A stretch of 64,000 nucleotides of DNA from Phaeosaccion multiseriatum (taxonomy: Eukaryota > Protista > Ochrophyta, other classes). The translations under genes were made by a program, and so were the position numbers. Shown in pieces: positions 53,130 to 64,000 of the stretch. The notes beneath the pieces were generated by a model. It did not search any database. It was not told the DNA's origin and saw nothing but the letters and a program-made list of their open reading frames with translations. Where the stretch lies: NCBI GenBank assembly GCA_965112735.1, contig OZ218950.1:3100001-3164000 (forward strand), read 5' to 3'. The first letter of the stretch is position 1. The number at the start of each line of letters is the position of its first letter.

Positions 53130-55411
53130 ATGGCTTCGTTTGGTGACGATCAAGAACAGCTGCTGAACTCCGTATCTTACGCATGTGCGGCAATCAGCTT
53201 CTGCAGCAGCTGCATCGTCGTTGCCAGCTACTACAGGTTCAAGTCGGTGAGTAGTCTGAGACCTTATGTCTCCCCCCCCTCCTACTGCCTGACTATCGGC
53301 CAGAGCAGCGGCGTGACAGAGCACGGCACGCCAAGCAAACAAGCAAGCAAAGCAAGCAATCAAGCACACTTTCCCTTTTCCCCTGGCGTTCCTCGCTTGG
53401 CCGTACTTCCCTTCCTCGCCACGACACCTTGCTCACGCTGGACCTTGACATCTCCTTTCTTGCCCCCCTCCTCTCCCGCCCTCCTCCGCCCTCACTGCCG
53501 CAGCTTCGAAAGTTCGCCTGCAGCCTCGTCGCTTGTCTTGCTGTGGCAGACATCGGTGCTAACCTCTCCTACTTTTTGGGTAATCCCAAGGACCCGTCGA
53601 TTCGCTGCAGTCTTCAAGCGGGTAAGAAAGGACAAGGTTTTTGTCTTCCACGATAGCTTGCCCTCCCAATGATTCGTCTTCGCTCCGCCGCAGCCTTTCT
53701 CCTGGCGTTGGCCTCCTCTCTGATTTCGCCTCTCATAGTCCCCTCCACACTCTGACCCCCCGCCCTTTGCTTCCCACTGTGTGCATGATGATTTGTATCG
53801 TAGTTTTGCAGCAGTTCTTTCAGGTGGCCCTCATCCAATGGACGGTGGTGATTGCCTACTCTATGCACCTCGTCACGACGGCCTTCAGCAAGTTCGACGT
53901 CTCGAAGCGAATGCCTTACTATCATGTGTGGTACGTATCGTATGGCGCGACATCCCCCCCTTCCTTCCTTCCTTCCCTCCAGGCTCTCTTCCAAATCTGG
54001 CTGGCCCCTCTTACCCCACACACTGTCCACTGTCTCTCATCTCTCTCCGGTGCCTCCCTTCGACCGACCCTCACCTCACCCCACCCCCTCTGTCTCCTGT
54101 TGTCCCCCAAAGGTGCTACGGTGTGGCGGCGTTGCTCACCATCGCCCCCACCCTCACCAGCTCGTACGGGCAGAGCGGCGCCTGGTGCTGGATCAAGGGG
54201 GACCACATGGGCTCGTATCAGCGCATGGCCTCCTTCTATATACCGCTCTGGATCAGGTGCGGGCGCGTGTGTGGGTGTGTGGATGGGTGGGTGGGTGGGC
54301 TGAGCGGACTTGCTTACCTGCTGTTCTGGCGCGCTCCTTGGCTTTTGAAAGGTCTTGTCTCGCTCTCTCCTCGCGCCCCGTCTTTCCATCAGCTAGCTCC
54401 CTTGCTAGAATCAAATATTGGTGATGTGTCTTCTGTCTCCCTTGAAACACCAAAGTCTCATCCACGACTCTTGTTCTTTCCCGTACCCCTCTCGCCCCCC
54501 TCCCCCCCCTCCCCCATTGTGCTCCTTGCTCTCCGCTGGGCGGATGACGGCGGACGGGGGGCACGCAGTATGATGTACATCATTGTCATGTGGTTTAAAG
54601 TCGTTCGCTCCTTGCGAGAGAAGAGTTTGGAGTTTATTGATGAGCCCATAGGGGGAGAGGATTATGACAACGACGAACTCGGCGAGGAAGGTGAAGGTGA
54701 GACCAGGAATGGCTCGGACGGACACCACAAGAGAGGGAGGTCCCTGAGCATTGGCAGGAAACGGCGAGGTAGCAGATCTAGGTCCGGGACAAAAGACAAC
54801 GGGACCACCTCAAGAGGGCGGAGTTTGACCGCTTCGTCTACTCCCAAGAGCTCCCCGTATGGCTCTCGGAGGCCGTCCGAGTCTCGCACGGGCACACCGA
54901 AAAGTAGAAGTGGTTCTGGGCCCCGGAGGAGCTTGACCCCATCTCGCCGGGCGAGCGTGAACGATGATGTGGAGGACAGCAACCGACGCATTCGGGCCTT
55001 TATGAACCGCATCAAGGTCTTCCCGGTCATTTTTGTGTTTTGCTGGCTCTTCGCCTCCATCAACCGCGTGCAGAACATTATCCAGCCCGACAAGCCAATC
55101 TTTGCGCTTTTCCTGCTGCAGGCGGTGAGCGTCCGCATCCAGGGCTTTCTCAACGCCTTGGCCTATGGCATCAATTTCTCCACCTCCTGGTCCGCCAAGA
55201 GCCGCCTCATTCGCGTACAGGAGAAGTGCGGCTCGGCCAATGTGTGCTGTGGTCTGTGCGCTCTGCTCGCAAGGGTGTTTGGCTGCTGTGGGTGTTGTGC
55301 TGTGATGCACGATGACGACGATAATGATGATGGTGATGATGTGCACGACGAAGGAGGCGCAAGAGGGGAGAGAGGGCGGGGGGGGGAGAAGGCCGCGGCA
55401 GCGGCAGCCGC

Positions 55412-55443
<32 letters not shown>

Positions 55444-55832
55444 TGGAGGAAGGGAGCTCAGGGGACAGTGACCACCATGGCCATGGAGGAATAGGGGACG
55501 GAAAGCGTCGCAAGGGCAGCGGGGTGGGAGAAGGCGCGGGGCTGAAACGACCTCCTTCGAATGTGAGCAACGTGTCGTTTGGAGGGCCAGGCCCAGGTCA
55601 TCGTTATGACGGAGAAGAGCCCCCTCACCATCCGCACCCGCAGGAGGTTGCAGTGGTTCGGGCCGACCCTGCTTTGGTGCGGGCCGCTGCTGCCCAGTTG
55701 GGGGTGGAGATTATGGGAGCGGGTGCGGGGGGCGGGGGGGAGGACGCAGAGGGGCAGACTCTCATCGGTCCAGCGGCAGCCAAGCCCAAGAAGAAGTACA
55801 GAAACTTGCTTAGGCGCAATAGTAAGAAATGA
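53130..55832 (+). CDS. GCR1 / cAMP-receptor-like 7TM G-protein-coupled receptor, multi-exon
   Basis: Seven hydrophobic segments; LRKF..LV..LAVAD, C.LQA..QFF, YGQSGAWCWI, FYIPLW, FP.IFVFCWLFASINR, QGFLNALAYG. Confidence 0.85.
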
Positions 55833-55922
55833 GAGAACGGAGAGGCGATGCTTAACACAACATGGGCTTCTCACTTCGAGGGTTCTCAATATCAATCAGA
55901 CTCTTTTTTTAGGGCCAAGAGA

Positions 55923-55968
55923 CAAGGGTACTTCAAGTAAACGACGTCGTTTACTTTAAGTACCCTTG
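55923..55968. repeat. 46-bp loopless palindrome (one mismatch)
   Basis: CAAGGGTACTTCAAGTAAACGAC|GTCGTTTACTTTAAGTACCCTTG. Confidence 0.9.
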
Positions 55969-55974
55969 CAAGAG

Positions 55975-56173
55975 AGTCGGCCCCTGACATGGTTCTGAGA
56001 CAGGCCAGCCCAGACCTTGGCCCTCATCATTGCCTTATTACGTGGCTTTCCCCCAGAACCTGGAACCTGCCTTCGGCCATGCTTCTGAGACAGGCCAGCC
56101 CAGAAGCAGGAAGCAGGCCGGCTGGCGCCGGCCAGAAGCAGGAAGCAGGAATTAAGCATGTCAGGGGCCAACT
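55975..56173. mobile_element. MITE-like element of about 200 bp
   Basis: 20-bp terminal inverted repeats (18/20 match; perfect core GGCCCCTGACATG); internal direct repeats TTCTGAGACAGGCCAGCCCAGA x2 and CCAGAAGCAGGAAGCAGG x2; no TSD seen; single copy in this window. Confidence 0.4.
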
Positions 56174-56207
56174 GCCTGGCCGGAGCGTCGAGGAGCGACG
56201 GCGGGCG

Positions 56208-56244
56208 AGTTTCAGTTTCATTTTCGTGGCCACAAACTGAAACT
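56208..56244. promoter_or_regulatory. Inverted-repeat motif AGTTTCAGTTT-N15-AAACTGAAACT (function unknown)
   Basis: Perfect 11-bp arms; TTTCGTGG core shared with the 49627 motif. Confidence 0.35.
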
Positions 56245-56785
56245 AGAAATTCGTGGGCTGATTCTCACCACTCTTTTTTTGTCGCTCCTTGTTTGAGGGG
56301 CAACTGATGCTAAGGTGAGAGATGTGGAGGGGTGAGAAACGGGAACAGGATCACGAGTGTGACCTAGAAGATGTTGTGGGACGGAAGAGTCCCTGCGAGG
56401 TAGGCAGAAGAGAATAGGACTCGTGTTCATCAGCCTGCTCAACGAACAGAGAGCGACGACAGCACAGCAAGAGCACAAAATAAGGCACCCACCAATCAGT
56501 GGCGCGGCGTGGCTTGGAGTGGGGGGGAGAGGAGGGAGAGGGAAGGCTACCGGGTCGATTGGGTGGTGCATGGTATGTATAGTCGATGGACACAAGCGTC
56601 TTACTTCGGCTGCACAGAGTGGGCACGTGGAGCAGCAACCGCACCGCCTCTCAACAGACTGAAGACGATGCAAGTTCCCCACTCTAAGGATAAGGTGGAG
56701 GGAGATCGGAGGGAGATAGTATATCATAGGAGAGGGATTGTGTAAAAGGGATTTGAAGAGCACCCTGAGGTGTGCGTCCTGACCC

Positions 56786-56882
56786 GCTGTTGAGGTGATG
56801 ACCAATATTCTGCGACTCTGAAGTCTAAAACTCATGTCGACTGAAAGAATCCACTTATGACTACGATGGCCTGATCATCAGC
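56786..56882 (+). ncRNA. Box C/D snoRNA, copy A (predicted 18S and 5.8S 2'-O-methylation guides)
   Basis: Box C GTGATGA 56795-56801, D' CTGA 56818-56821, D CTGA 56871-56874; terminal stem CCGCTGTTGA/TCATCAGCGG; paralogue at 60311. Confidence 0.85.
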
Positions 56883-56995
56883 GGAAGGAGGACAATGCAC
56901 TGCTTTCCTCTCTCTCTCTGTCTCTCAAGACGCACCAAGAAGCACAAATCTTAACTCTCGCCCTCCCACCGACCCAATATCTCGCGAGCAGGAGG

Positions 56996-57920
56996 ATGTT
57001 ACTGCGACAGGGAAGCTCGATAGCGGCGCGGACCGTCAGTAGGGCTGCTTCGCGGGGTGGAGCTGAGGCACAGAAGCAGCAACAACGTGCTCTATTGCAC
57101 AACAGCAGACCTGCTTTGGCAAAAATCTTATTAGGAGATCCCACAGACCCCGTGTGTCAGGAGGTGTTTCTGGCGAGGGGGCATGATGTGGACTGCAAGC
57201 CCGGGCTGAGCAAGGACGAGCTGCTGGTTAGTTTCCGAGCACATGCGAAGGAGGAGAAGAAAGGGGGAAAGAATGGTGTAGCGCAGATCGTAGTGCGGGC
57301 GGGAGCGGAGGGGCCAAGTGGCGAGTGAGGGCGAGCGAAGTGAGGGGGGATCGCGAAAACCCAGCACTTATCGGTGGATGTAGCCTCGGTAGGATTGTGC
57401 CGCTTTCCCTCCTCCGACTCTACACTCACATAGGTCTTTCATGGCCAAGGCAATAGACGACGCGTCGTCCCGTCCGCCCTTCCCTTTCACCCTCCCCCCC
57501 CCGACCGCTCATCCCTCTCTCTCTCCTTCTCTCTCTCGTGTTGCTCCTCTACACTCTCCACTCTCCCAAAGGCGGTGATTGGCGAGTATGAGGGCCTTGT
57601 TGTCCGCTCGGGGGTGCAAGTGGACAAGGACGTGTTAGAGGCCGGTAAGAAGCTGCGCATCGTGGGCAGGGCAGGCACAGGAGTGGACAATATCGACGTC
57701 CCTGCAGCGACCGCCAAGGGAGTGCTTGTGATGAACACGCCGGGCGGCAACACCGTGTCCACCGCGGAACTTGCCATGTCGCATCTTCTGTCCATGGCGA
57801 GGAACATTCCCCAGGCCGTGGCCAGCATGAAGGCGGGCAGGTGGGATCGGAAAAAGTACATGGGAACCGAAGTCACGGGCAAGACGGTGAGTGTAGGTAC
57901 ACGAAGTGTTGTGTGTGTGT

Positions 57921-57962
<42 letters not shown>

Positions 57963-58872
57963 AGTCAACAGCAGCAGCAGCAGCAGCAGGAGAACAAGAG
58001 GTCTCTGGCAGAGAGGATCCTGCAGCAGGTCTTTCGTATCCCGCAGCCACCGTAGCCATGTGCGGAAAGTCGGGAAAGTCGCACCCCGGCACTCCTTTTC
58101 CTTTCTCTTTCACTCCTTCTTAACCCCATCTCTTCTGCTCGTCCTTGCTCTGTCTCTCTCTCTCTCCCTCTCTCGTCCCAGGTGGGGATTGTTGGACTGG
58201 GCCGTATCGGTCGGCAAGTGGCGTCGTGGTGCTCGGAGTTGGGAATGCATCCCATCGGGTACGACCCAATCTTGACCGACGCCTCAGCCATTGCGGCGGG
58301 GATCGAACCCGTGTCTCTGGAGAACATCTTTAAGCGCAGCGACTTCATCACGCTGCACACGCCACAGACCAAGGACACCAAGAACCTCATCCGCAAGGAG
58401 AACTTGGACAAGTGCAAGGATGGTAAGTGACGTTGCAGACAGAGGTGTATGATGTCTCTTTTGTCCTTTTGCATTTTGCTTTTGCATTCATGGCATGCAC
58501 TCGGTCCGTCCTTGTGTCCGTCCTTGTGTATCTTCAGTGCTTTGCTTGCCTGTGTGGCATCCAATGTAGCCTTCTCTCTCCTGTCCCCTTTGAATGTGTC
58601 TCTGTGTCTGCACGCACTTGACAGGGGTACGCATCATCAACTGCGCTCGGGGAGGTATCGTGTGTGCGGAAGACCTGCTCGCAGCCTTGGAGAGTGGCAA
58701 GGTGAGCATTTCCTCACTGGTGCCACAGCACTCGTGTGAATAGTAGGGCCCGTTGGTAGAGCGGGTCGCTCTGATTACGACTTACATTGATGGGTGCTCA
58801 GATATGCCATCCCTCCTGGAGAGATCGCGTGTTGCTGTGCGTCTCCCCTCTCTTCACCTTCCCCAACCTGTA

Positions 58873-58919
<47 letters not shown>

Positions 58920-61900
58920 TTCTTTTGGATTGGATCTGGTGTTTCTCGGACAGGTGGGCGGGGCTGCTTTGGACGTGTACCCACAGGAGCCGCCAATGGA
59001 GAAGTGCCCCGAGCTGGCCCCTCTCATCATGCATCCCAATGTGGTGTGCAGCCCGCACCTCGGGGCATCCACCTTGGACGCGCAGGTGAGAGAGAAAGTG
59101 GGAACGAAAGAGAGATTGGAGATTAGAAGAGGAGAGAAGAGTCAAAGAGACAAGTTAGACAGTAGAAGAGGAGAGGAGAGTGAAAAGAGACAGGTTATGA
59201 GAGAGAGAGCGTTCAGATGGAGCCAATCTTCTAAGGAGAGCATTGCGCCCCCACTCAGGCTCGAAGCTCTGCAAAGTCTTTGTGTGTGGCAACGCCAAAA
59301 CACCTGGGTGGCCTTTCTGCATAACTGGTGCGCTTCACACTCAAGACCTTGTATGCTTTTGCGTGTTTTGTCTTGTGGTGCAGGTGACGGTGGCAAAGGA
59401 CATTGCCACGCAGATGAGCGACGTGCTGGACGGAGGCGAGTTCGTCGGGGTGCTCAACGCGCCCAACATGGCCTTTGCGCGCAAGAGCAATCTGCAGCAG
59501 TACGTGCTGCTGGGAGAGAAGATCGGCATGCTGCAGGCACAGCTGCTTGGACCCGGCAAGGTGAGCAGGGAGAGAGGAAGAGAGGAAGGAGAAGACGCAG
59601 GGAGGGAGGAGGAGGGGGAGGAGAGGAGAGGCGCCACAGGCGGTAGTGGGACTCGACTCTTGCAATCTTATCATCCTCACCCTTCCTTGGCTGGCCTTAC
59701 TTCTCTCTCTCTGTGTGTGTGTGTGTGTGTATCAGGTGCAATCCATCCGCATCGTGCTGCACGGCAAGCAGCTGGCAGTTACGGACATGACCGGCCCCAT
59801 GACCGCAGCGGTGCTCAAGGGTGCCTTGGACCACTTGCTGGTGCAGGAGGTCAATTACATCAACGCCGTGCCCATCGCAAAGGCCATGGGACTCAACATT
59901 GAGGTGGCCTTCAGCGAACAGGTGGGGCAGGGAGGAGGGGGATGTGTGTGTGTGTGTGTGTTTGGCGTGTTATTTTGCTTATTTTCGGGGGGTTTTTTGT
60001 TTTATTTTAGTATGCTTGTTGATATTGCCTTTTTTCTGCGCCTTCGGTTGAGCGTGCCCTCCCCGCCCCTTATCATACCCTTAATCTATGCTTGGCTTGC
60101 ACCCCTTCCTTTGTCTACGCCCTTTTGTGCATTGTATCAATTGTGTTGTGATTGTGCGCGTAGCCCGGGGCCTACACAGAGGCTCTGGATGTGGAGTTCG
60201 AGCTTGAGGGGGTGCTCAACGGAGCAAGGAGCATGACGGGAACCTGCTTCGGTAAGTCAAGGGGGGTTGGGAGGGTGGGGTGTGGAAGGGGAGGAAGTAT
60301 CGGATGTTTCGCTGTTGAGGTGATGACAGATATTCTGCGACTCTGAAATCTAAAACTCGTGTCGACTAAAAGAATCCACTCAATGACTACGATGGCCTGA
60401 TCATCAGCGAAAGAAGACAAACCTCCTTCCAGCCTTCCTGCGCGCGCGCGCGTGTGTGTGTGTGTGCGTGTGCGAGTGTGTATGTAGAGCGTATCGAACG
60501 TGTCTGTGCGCGCGCATGGTGGCCCGCACAAAACTCTCTTAGCCTAAGCTCCAATCTTGTTGTCTCTGTGCGCACCGCCCCACAGGCTCCGACTTCCGAG
60601 TGACGGAAATCGATGGCCTCGACATCAACTTCGTACCAACAGGTATGATACATTTGTCTATGGGTTGTGTGTGACGCTCTCCTTCCCCCAATGAGAGAGA
60701 GGGACGTTGCGATCGCCACTCACCCCACCTAGATAGAACCTGGCCCTGTCTCAGACTGTGGAGTACAGTCTTGTTGGCCTGCTCTTGGTTCATTCATTCA
60801 GTCATTCGCATGCTCCCCTCCTGACTCGTTCTCACTGTCCGTCTGCCTGCCTCTCTCTGGGCGTCTGCTGGATGTTGATCTATGGCCCGCTGGACGGACT
60901 GACTGACTGACTGCAGGCCCTAACATCTTCTTCAACAACCCCGATGAGCCGGGTATGCTGAGGAAGGTGGCGGCAACGCTCGCTTCGCACCAGGTCAACA
61001 TCGCCAACTTCGGTAAGTTGAGTGAGCGAGGGGCCTCGAATATGAGCGTCGAGTCTGAAGCGAAGGGAAGGAAAGGAGAAGACAAGGGAACGGAAGGGGA
61101 GGCGAGAGCCACCGGAGAGAGCAGTCGCATTGCAGCAAGGGAAATTCGCCTCCCACCCCATCCACCTTTCTCTTTCTCCACGTGTCTCTTACCTTTCATC
61201 GTCTCCCTCCCCCCTCTCTCCCTCTCCTCTCTCTCTCTCTCTTGGTCAACACCCCCCCACCAACCCATGCCCCCCCCCCCCCCCCCCTACAGCTCTCGGC
61301 CGAATCCGCACCGGAGGCACCGCCATGTCGTGCATATCCGTGGACGGAGCCGTGGACGACGACGTACTGGATGAACTCCGAGCCATCCCAGGCATCCGAA
61401 ACGTCATGGCCGTCAACCTCGGGGAGACGCCCGAGGATACATACGTGTCCACGCACCAGGGGGCGGTGTACGGCACGCCCATGCCGCGTGACAAGCCCGT
61501 CAACCCGCACTTCTCGTCCGGCCCTTGCAAGAAGCGTCCTGGTTACAGCGTAGGGATGCTGAGGACGGATGTCTTGGGCCGAAGCCATCGCTCCAAGCTC
61601 GGCAAGAGTAGGCTCAAGGCAGCCATTGAGGAGACAAGGCGGCTCTTAGGGGTGCCGAATGACTACCTCATTGGCATCGTGCCAGCTTCGGACACGGGGG
61701 CGTATGAAATGGCTATGTGGAACCTGCTGGGGCCTCGACCTGTGGATGCGTGCTATTGGGAGAGCTTTGGCAAGGGCTGGTTCACGGATGCGGTGAGCCA
61801 CTTGGGGCTGAAGGACCAGACCAACAACATTACGGTTGACGGGTACGGAGAGCTGCCCGACCTTACACAGACCGACAAGGACCACGACATTATGTTCACG

Positions 61901-63569
61901 TGGAACGGGACCACTTCGGGGGTCAAGGTGAGCAGCGAGGACGATGATGATGATGATGGTGATGATGATGGGTATGATAGGATCTATGTATTACACCCTT
62001 GAGTGCCATCTATGGTATGATAGGATCCATGGCCAGGCAAGGAAAAGAAAAGGGGTAGGGAAGTGGGTGGCAGTGGGGAAAGGATGGCTGAGGGCGGTTG
62101 TCCAAGACGCACGGTTTGCCTGTTTCCTTTCCAGTCTCTTCTCCACGCTCTGCCTGTTTTCTTTCCTTACTCTTCTCCCAGCAGCAGCTGCCTGCCAACA
62201 AAACCAACCACACACAAAACCCCAACACAAAAACAAAAAAACACGGCCACCACCGCCACCACAGGTGCCCAACGCGGACTGGATCAGCGCCGACCGCACC
62301 GGTTTGACCCTCAACGACGCCACCTCCGCCGCTTTCGCCATGGACATCGACTGGAGCAAGTGCGACGTCACCACCTACTCATGGCAGAAGGTGCTCGGCG
62401 GGGAGGGCGCGCACGGCGTCATGATCCTCTCTCCTCGGGCGGTGGAGCGGCTCGAGTCCTTTGTGCCCGAGAACAGGCCCCTGCCCAAGATCTTCCGCAT
62501 GGTCAAGAAGGGCAAGGTGCGTGCGTGGGGATAGGTGTCAGGACAGTAGGGTGGGGTGCCTCCACTTTGGTTGTCAGGTGGACCATCGGATGTCTCTTCC
62601 TTTTTCACGCCCTCCTCTCCTCTCCTCTCCTCTCCTCCCCAGGTGGACCGGTCCATCTTTGAGGGCAGCACCATCAACACTCCCTCCATGCTGTGTGTGG
62701 AGGACTACCTCGATGCCCTAGCCTGGTCCGACTCAGTGGGCGGCCTGCAGGGCCTCATCAAGCGCAGCAACGCAAACTTTGGGGTGCTCGAGGACTTTGT
62801 CGAGACCAATGATTTCGTTGACTTCTTGGCCAAGGACCCCGCCACCAGGTGCGTGCATCCCAGTCACAGATAGGGGAGAGGAAAGAGAGGAAGAGGGTAT
62901 ATGTGGAGGGGTACGGGCATGCATGCATAGATAGGCAACCCCCCAGAAAAGCACTTCGTTTCCCCAAAGTTTTTTTATGGCTTTCTTTTGTCTCGCAGAA
63001 GTGCAAGTTATGCAGTAGAACTACGGAAATGTCGACCTGCACACCCCACCTGGCTCCGCACACCTTTGCAGCTGCTTACACCTTGTCTTACACGGTTTCA
63101 CCACGATGCTCACCCTCCCTCTGTCCCTCCCTTCCCTTGGCTCGACAGGTCCAACACGAGCGTGTGCCTGGAGGTGAAGGACATCAACCCCGAGGGCGTC
63201 AAGAAGATGGTGGGACTGCTCGAGAAGGAGGGCGTGGCCTATGACGTGGGCAGCTACAGAGACGCCCCACCGGGACTCCGCATTTGGTGAGTTAGAGAGC
63301 GAGCGATGTCGAGCCTCAAGTGAGACAGAGGAAGGGAGGCAGTATTTGACACCCAAGTCGTTGTGCTGTCATACGATTCTTGCCTTCCATTTCTTCTCCT
63401 CCCCCCATATCCCGCCACTGCCACCGCTTGTTGACTCGCCCTCTCTTGCCGTTTGACGGTCTTCCCTTCCATCTGCTGCTGCAGGTGCGGAGCCACGGTG
63501 GACAAGGAGGACGTGGAGGCTTTGGTACCTTGGTTGGAGTGGGCATACACAGAGGCCAAGTCTCAATAG
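56996..63569 (+). CDS. Fused D-3-phosphoglycerate dehydrogenase (type I, with ACT domain) - phosphoserine aminotransferase, mitochondrial presequence, multi-exon
   Basis: [46 protein letters not shown]; ACT NPDEPG..NIANF; within one exon the frame continues into [42 protein letters not shown] (PLP Lys), [18 protein letters not shown]. Confidence 0.93.
60311..60408 (+). ncRNA. Box C/D snoRNA, copy B (intronic in PGDH-PSAT)
   Basis: Box C 60320-60326, D' 60343-60346, D 60397-60400; stem TTTCGCTGTTGA/TCATCAGCGAAA; both guides unchanged relative to copy A. Confidence 0.88.
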
Positions 63570-64000
63570 TCATACGGTGTGCGTCACTCGGCTCGACTCC
63601 AAGACAAAAGGCCGACAGGACACCCCTGTCGTCTTACACATGTGATTTACAGCCCTTCCGCAAGTAAAGGAGGAAACCAATTTTGATAAGAATGGGACGA
63701 GTGGGAAAATGAAAACACGGGCCAGAACGTTTCTCTCGCTTTAACTTTGTCCTATGCGCTGCTGCTGCTTCTTGTGGTGGATCGGCTCTACTGCCCCAAA
63801 GTCCTGCTCTCATCAGCAATCCACGTTAGCAAGGTCTTCGGGCGGAGAGGATGCGGAGGAGCTACTCCCTCGTTCACCACGTCAGACCCCTGACATCGTC
63901 TTGATGTTGGCCGCCCTCTTGTGTCGCCCCCGCTTCTCCTACTAGTAGACCTTGTCCTACGCTTCTTCCGGCGGTTCTTGCGAAGGTCCCACCGTGGCAA

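Noticed and set aside
58724-58839. Stem-bounded segment in a PGDH intron, possible second ncRNA
   Set aside because: No canonical terminal C/D or H/ACA boxes; needs an Infernal search
63788-64000. Open frame running off the window end
   Set aside because: Truncated and without recognisable features

Overview
Intron-rich, GC-rich, microsatellite-laden eukaryotic DNA, most likely from a photosynthetic stramenopile (ochrophyte). This is inferred from two signal-peptide + ASAF-type plastid presequences, a CryptonS-like transposon and a snoRNA guide matching the stramenopile-type 18S sequence. About 13 spliced host genes are present: beta-hydroxyacid dehydrogenase, rhodanese-like/SAM methyltransferase, an At4g14100/ependymin-like secreted protein, a plastid hypothetical protein, a PPR protein, an NlpI-like TPR protein, a TM micropeptide, a giant multidomain calpain, an F-box-like/GDPD protein, mitochondrial ferredoxin, SNW1/SKIP, a GCR1-like GPCR and a PGDH-PSAT fusion. 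The main highlight is two essentially identical 3.6-kb Crypton-type tyrosine-recombinase transposons in direct orientation around the PPR gene. Their intact recombinase ends in a PHD-like finger, both sit head-to-head just upstream of host genes, and their flanks are homologous but diverged, suggesting targeted integration. Other highlights are a duplicated dual-guide box C/D snoRNA (predicted 18S and 5.8S targets) and a palindrome-rich intergenic region at 55.9-56.25 kb. Exon boundaries were read by eye; family calls come from motif recognition, not database searches.
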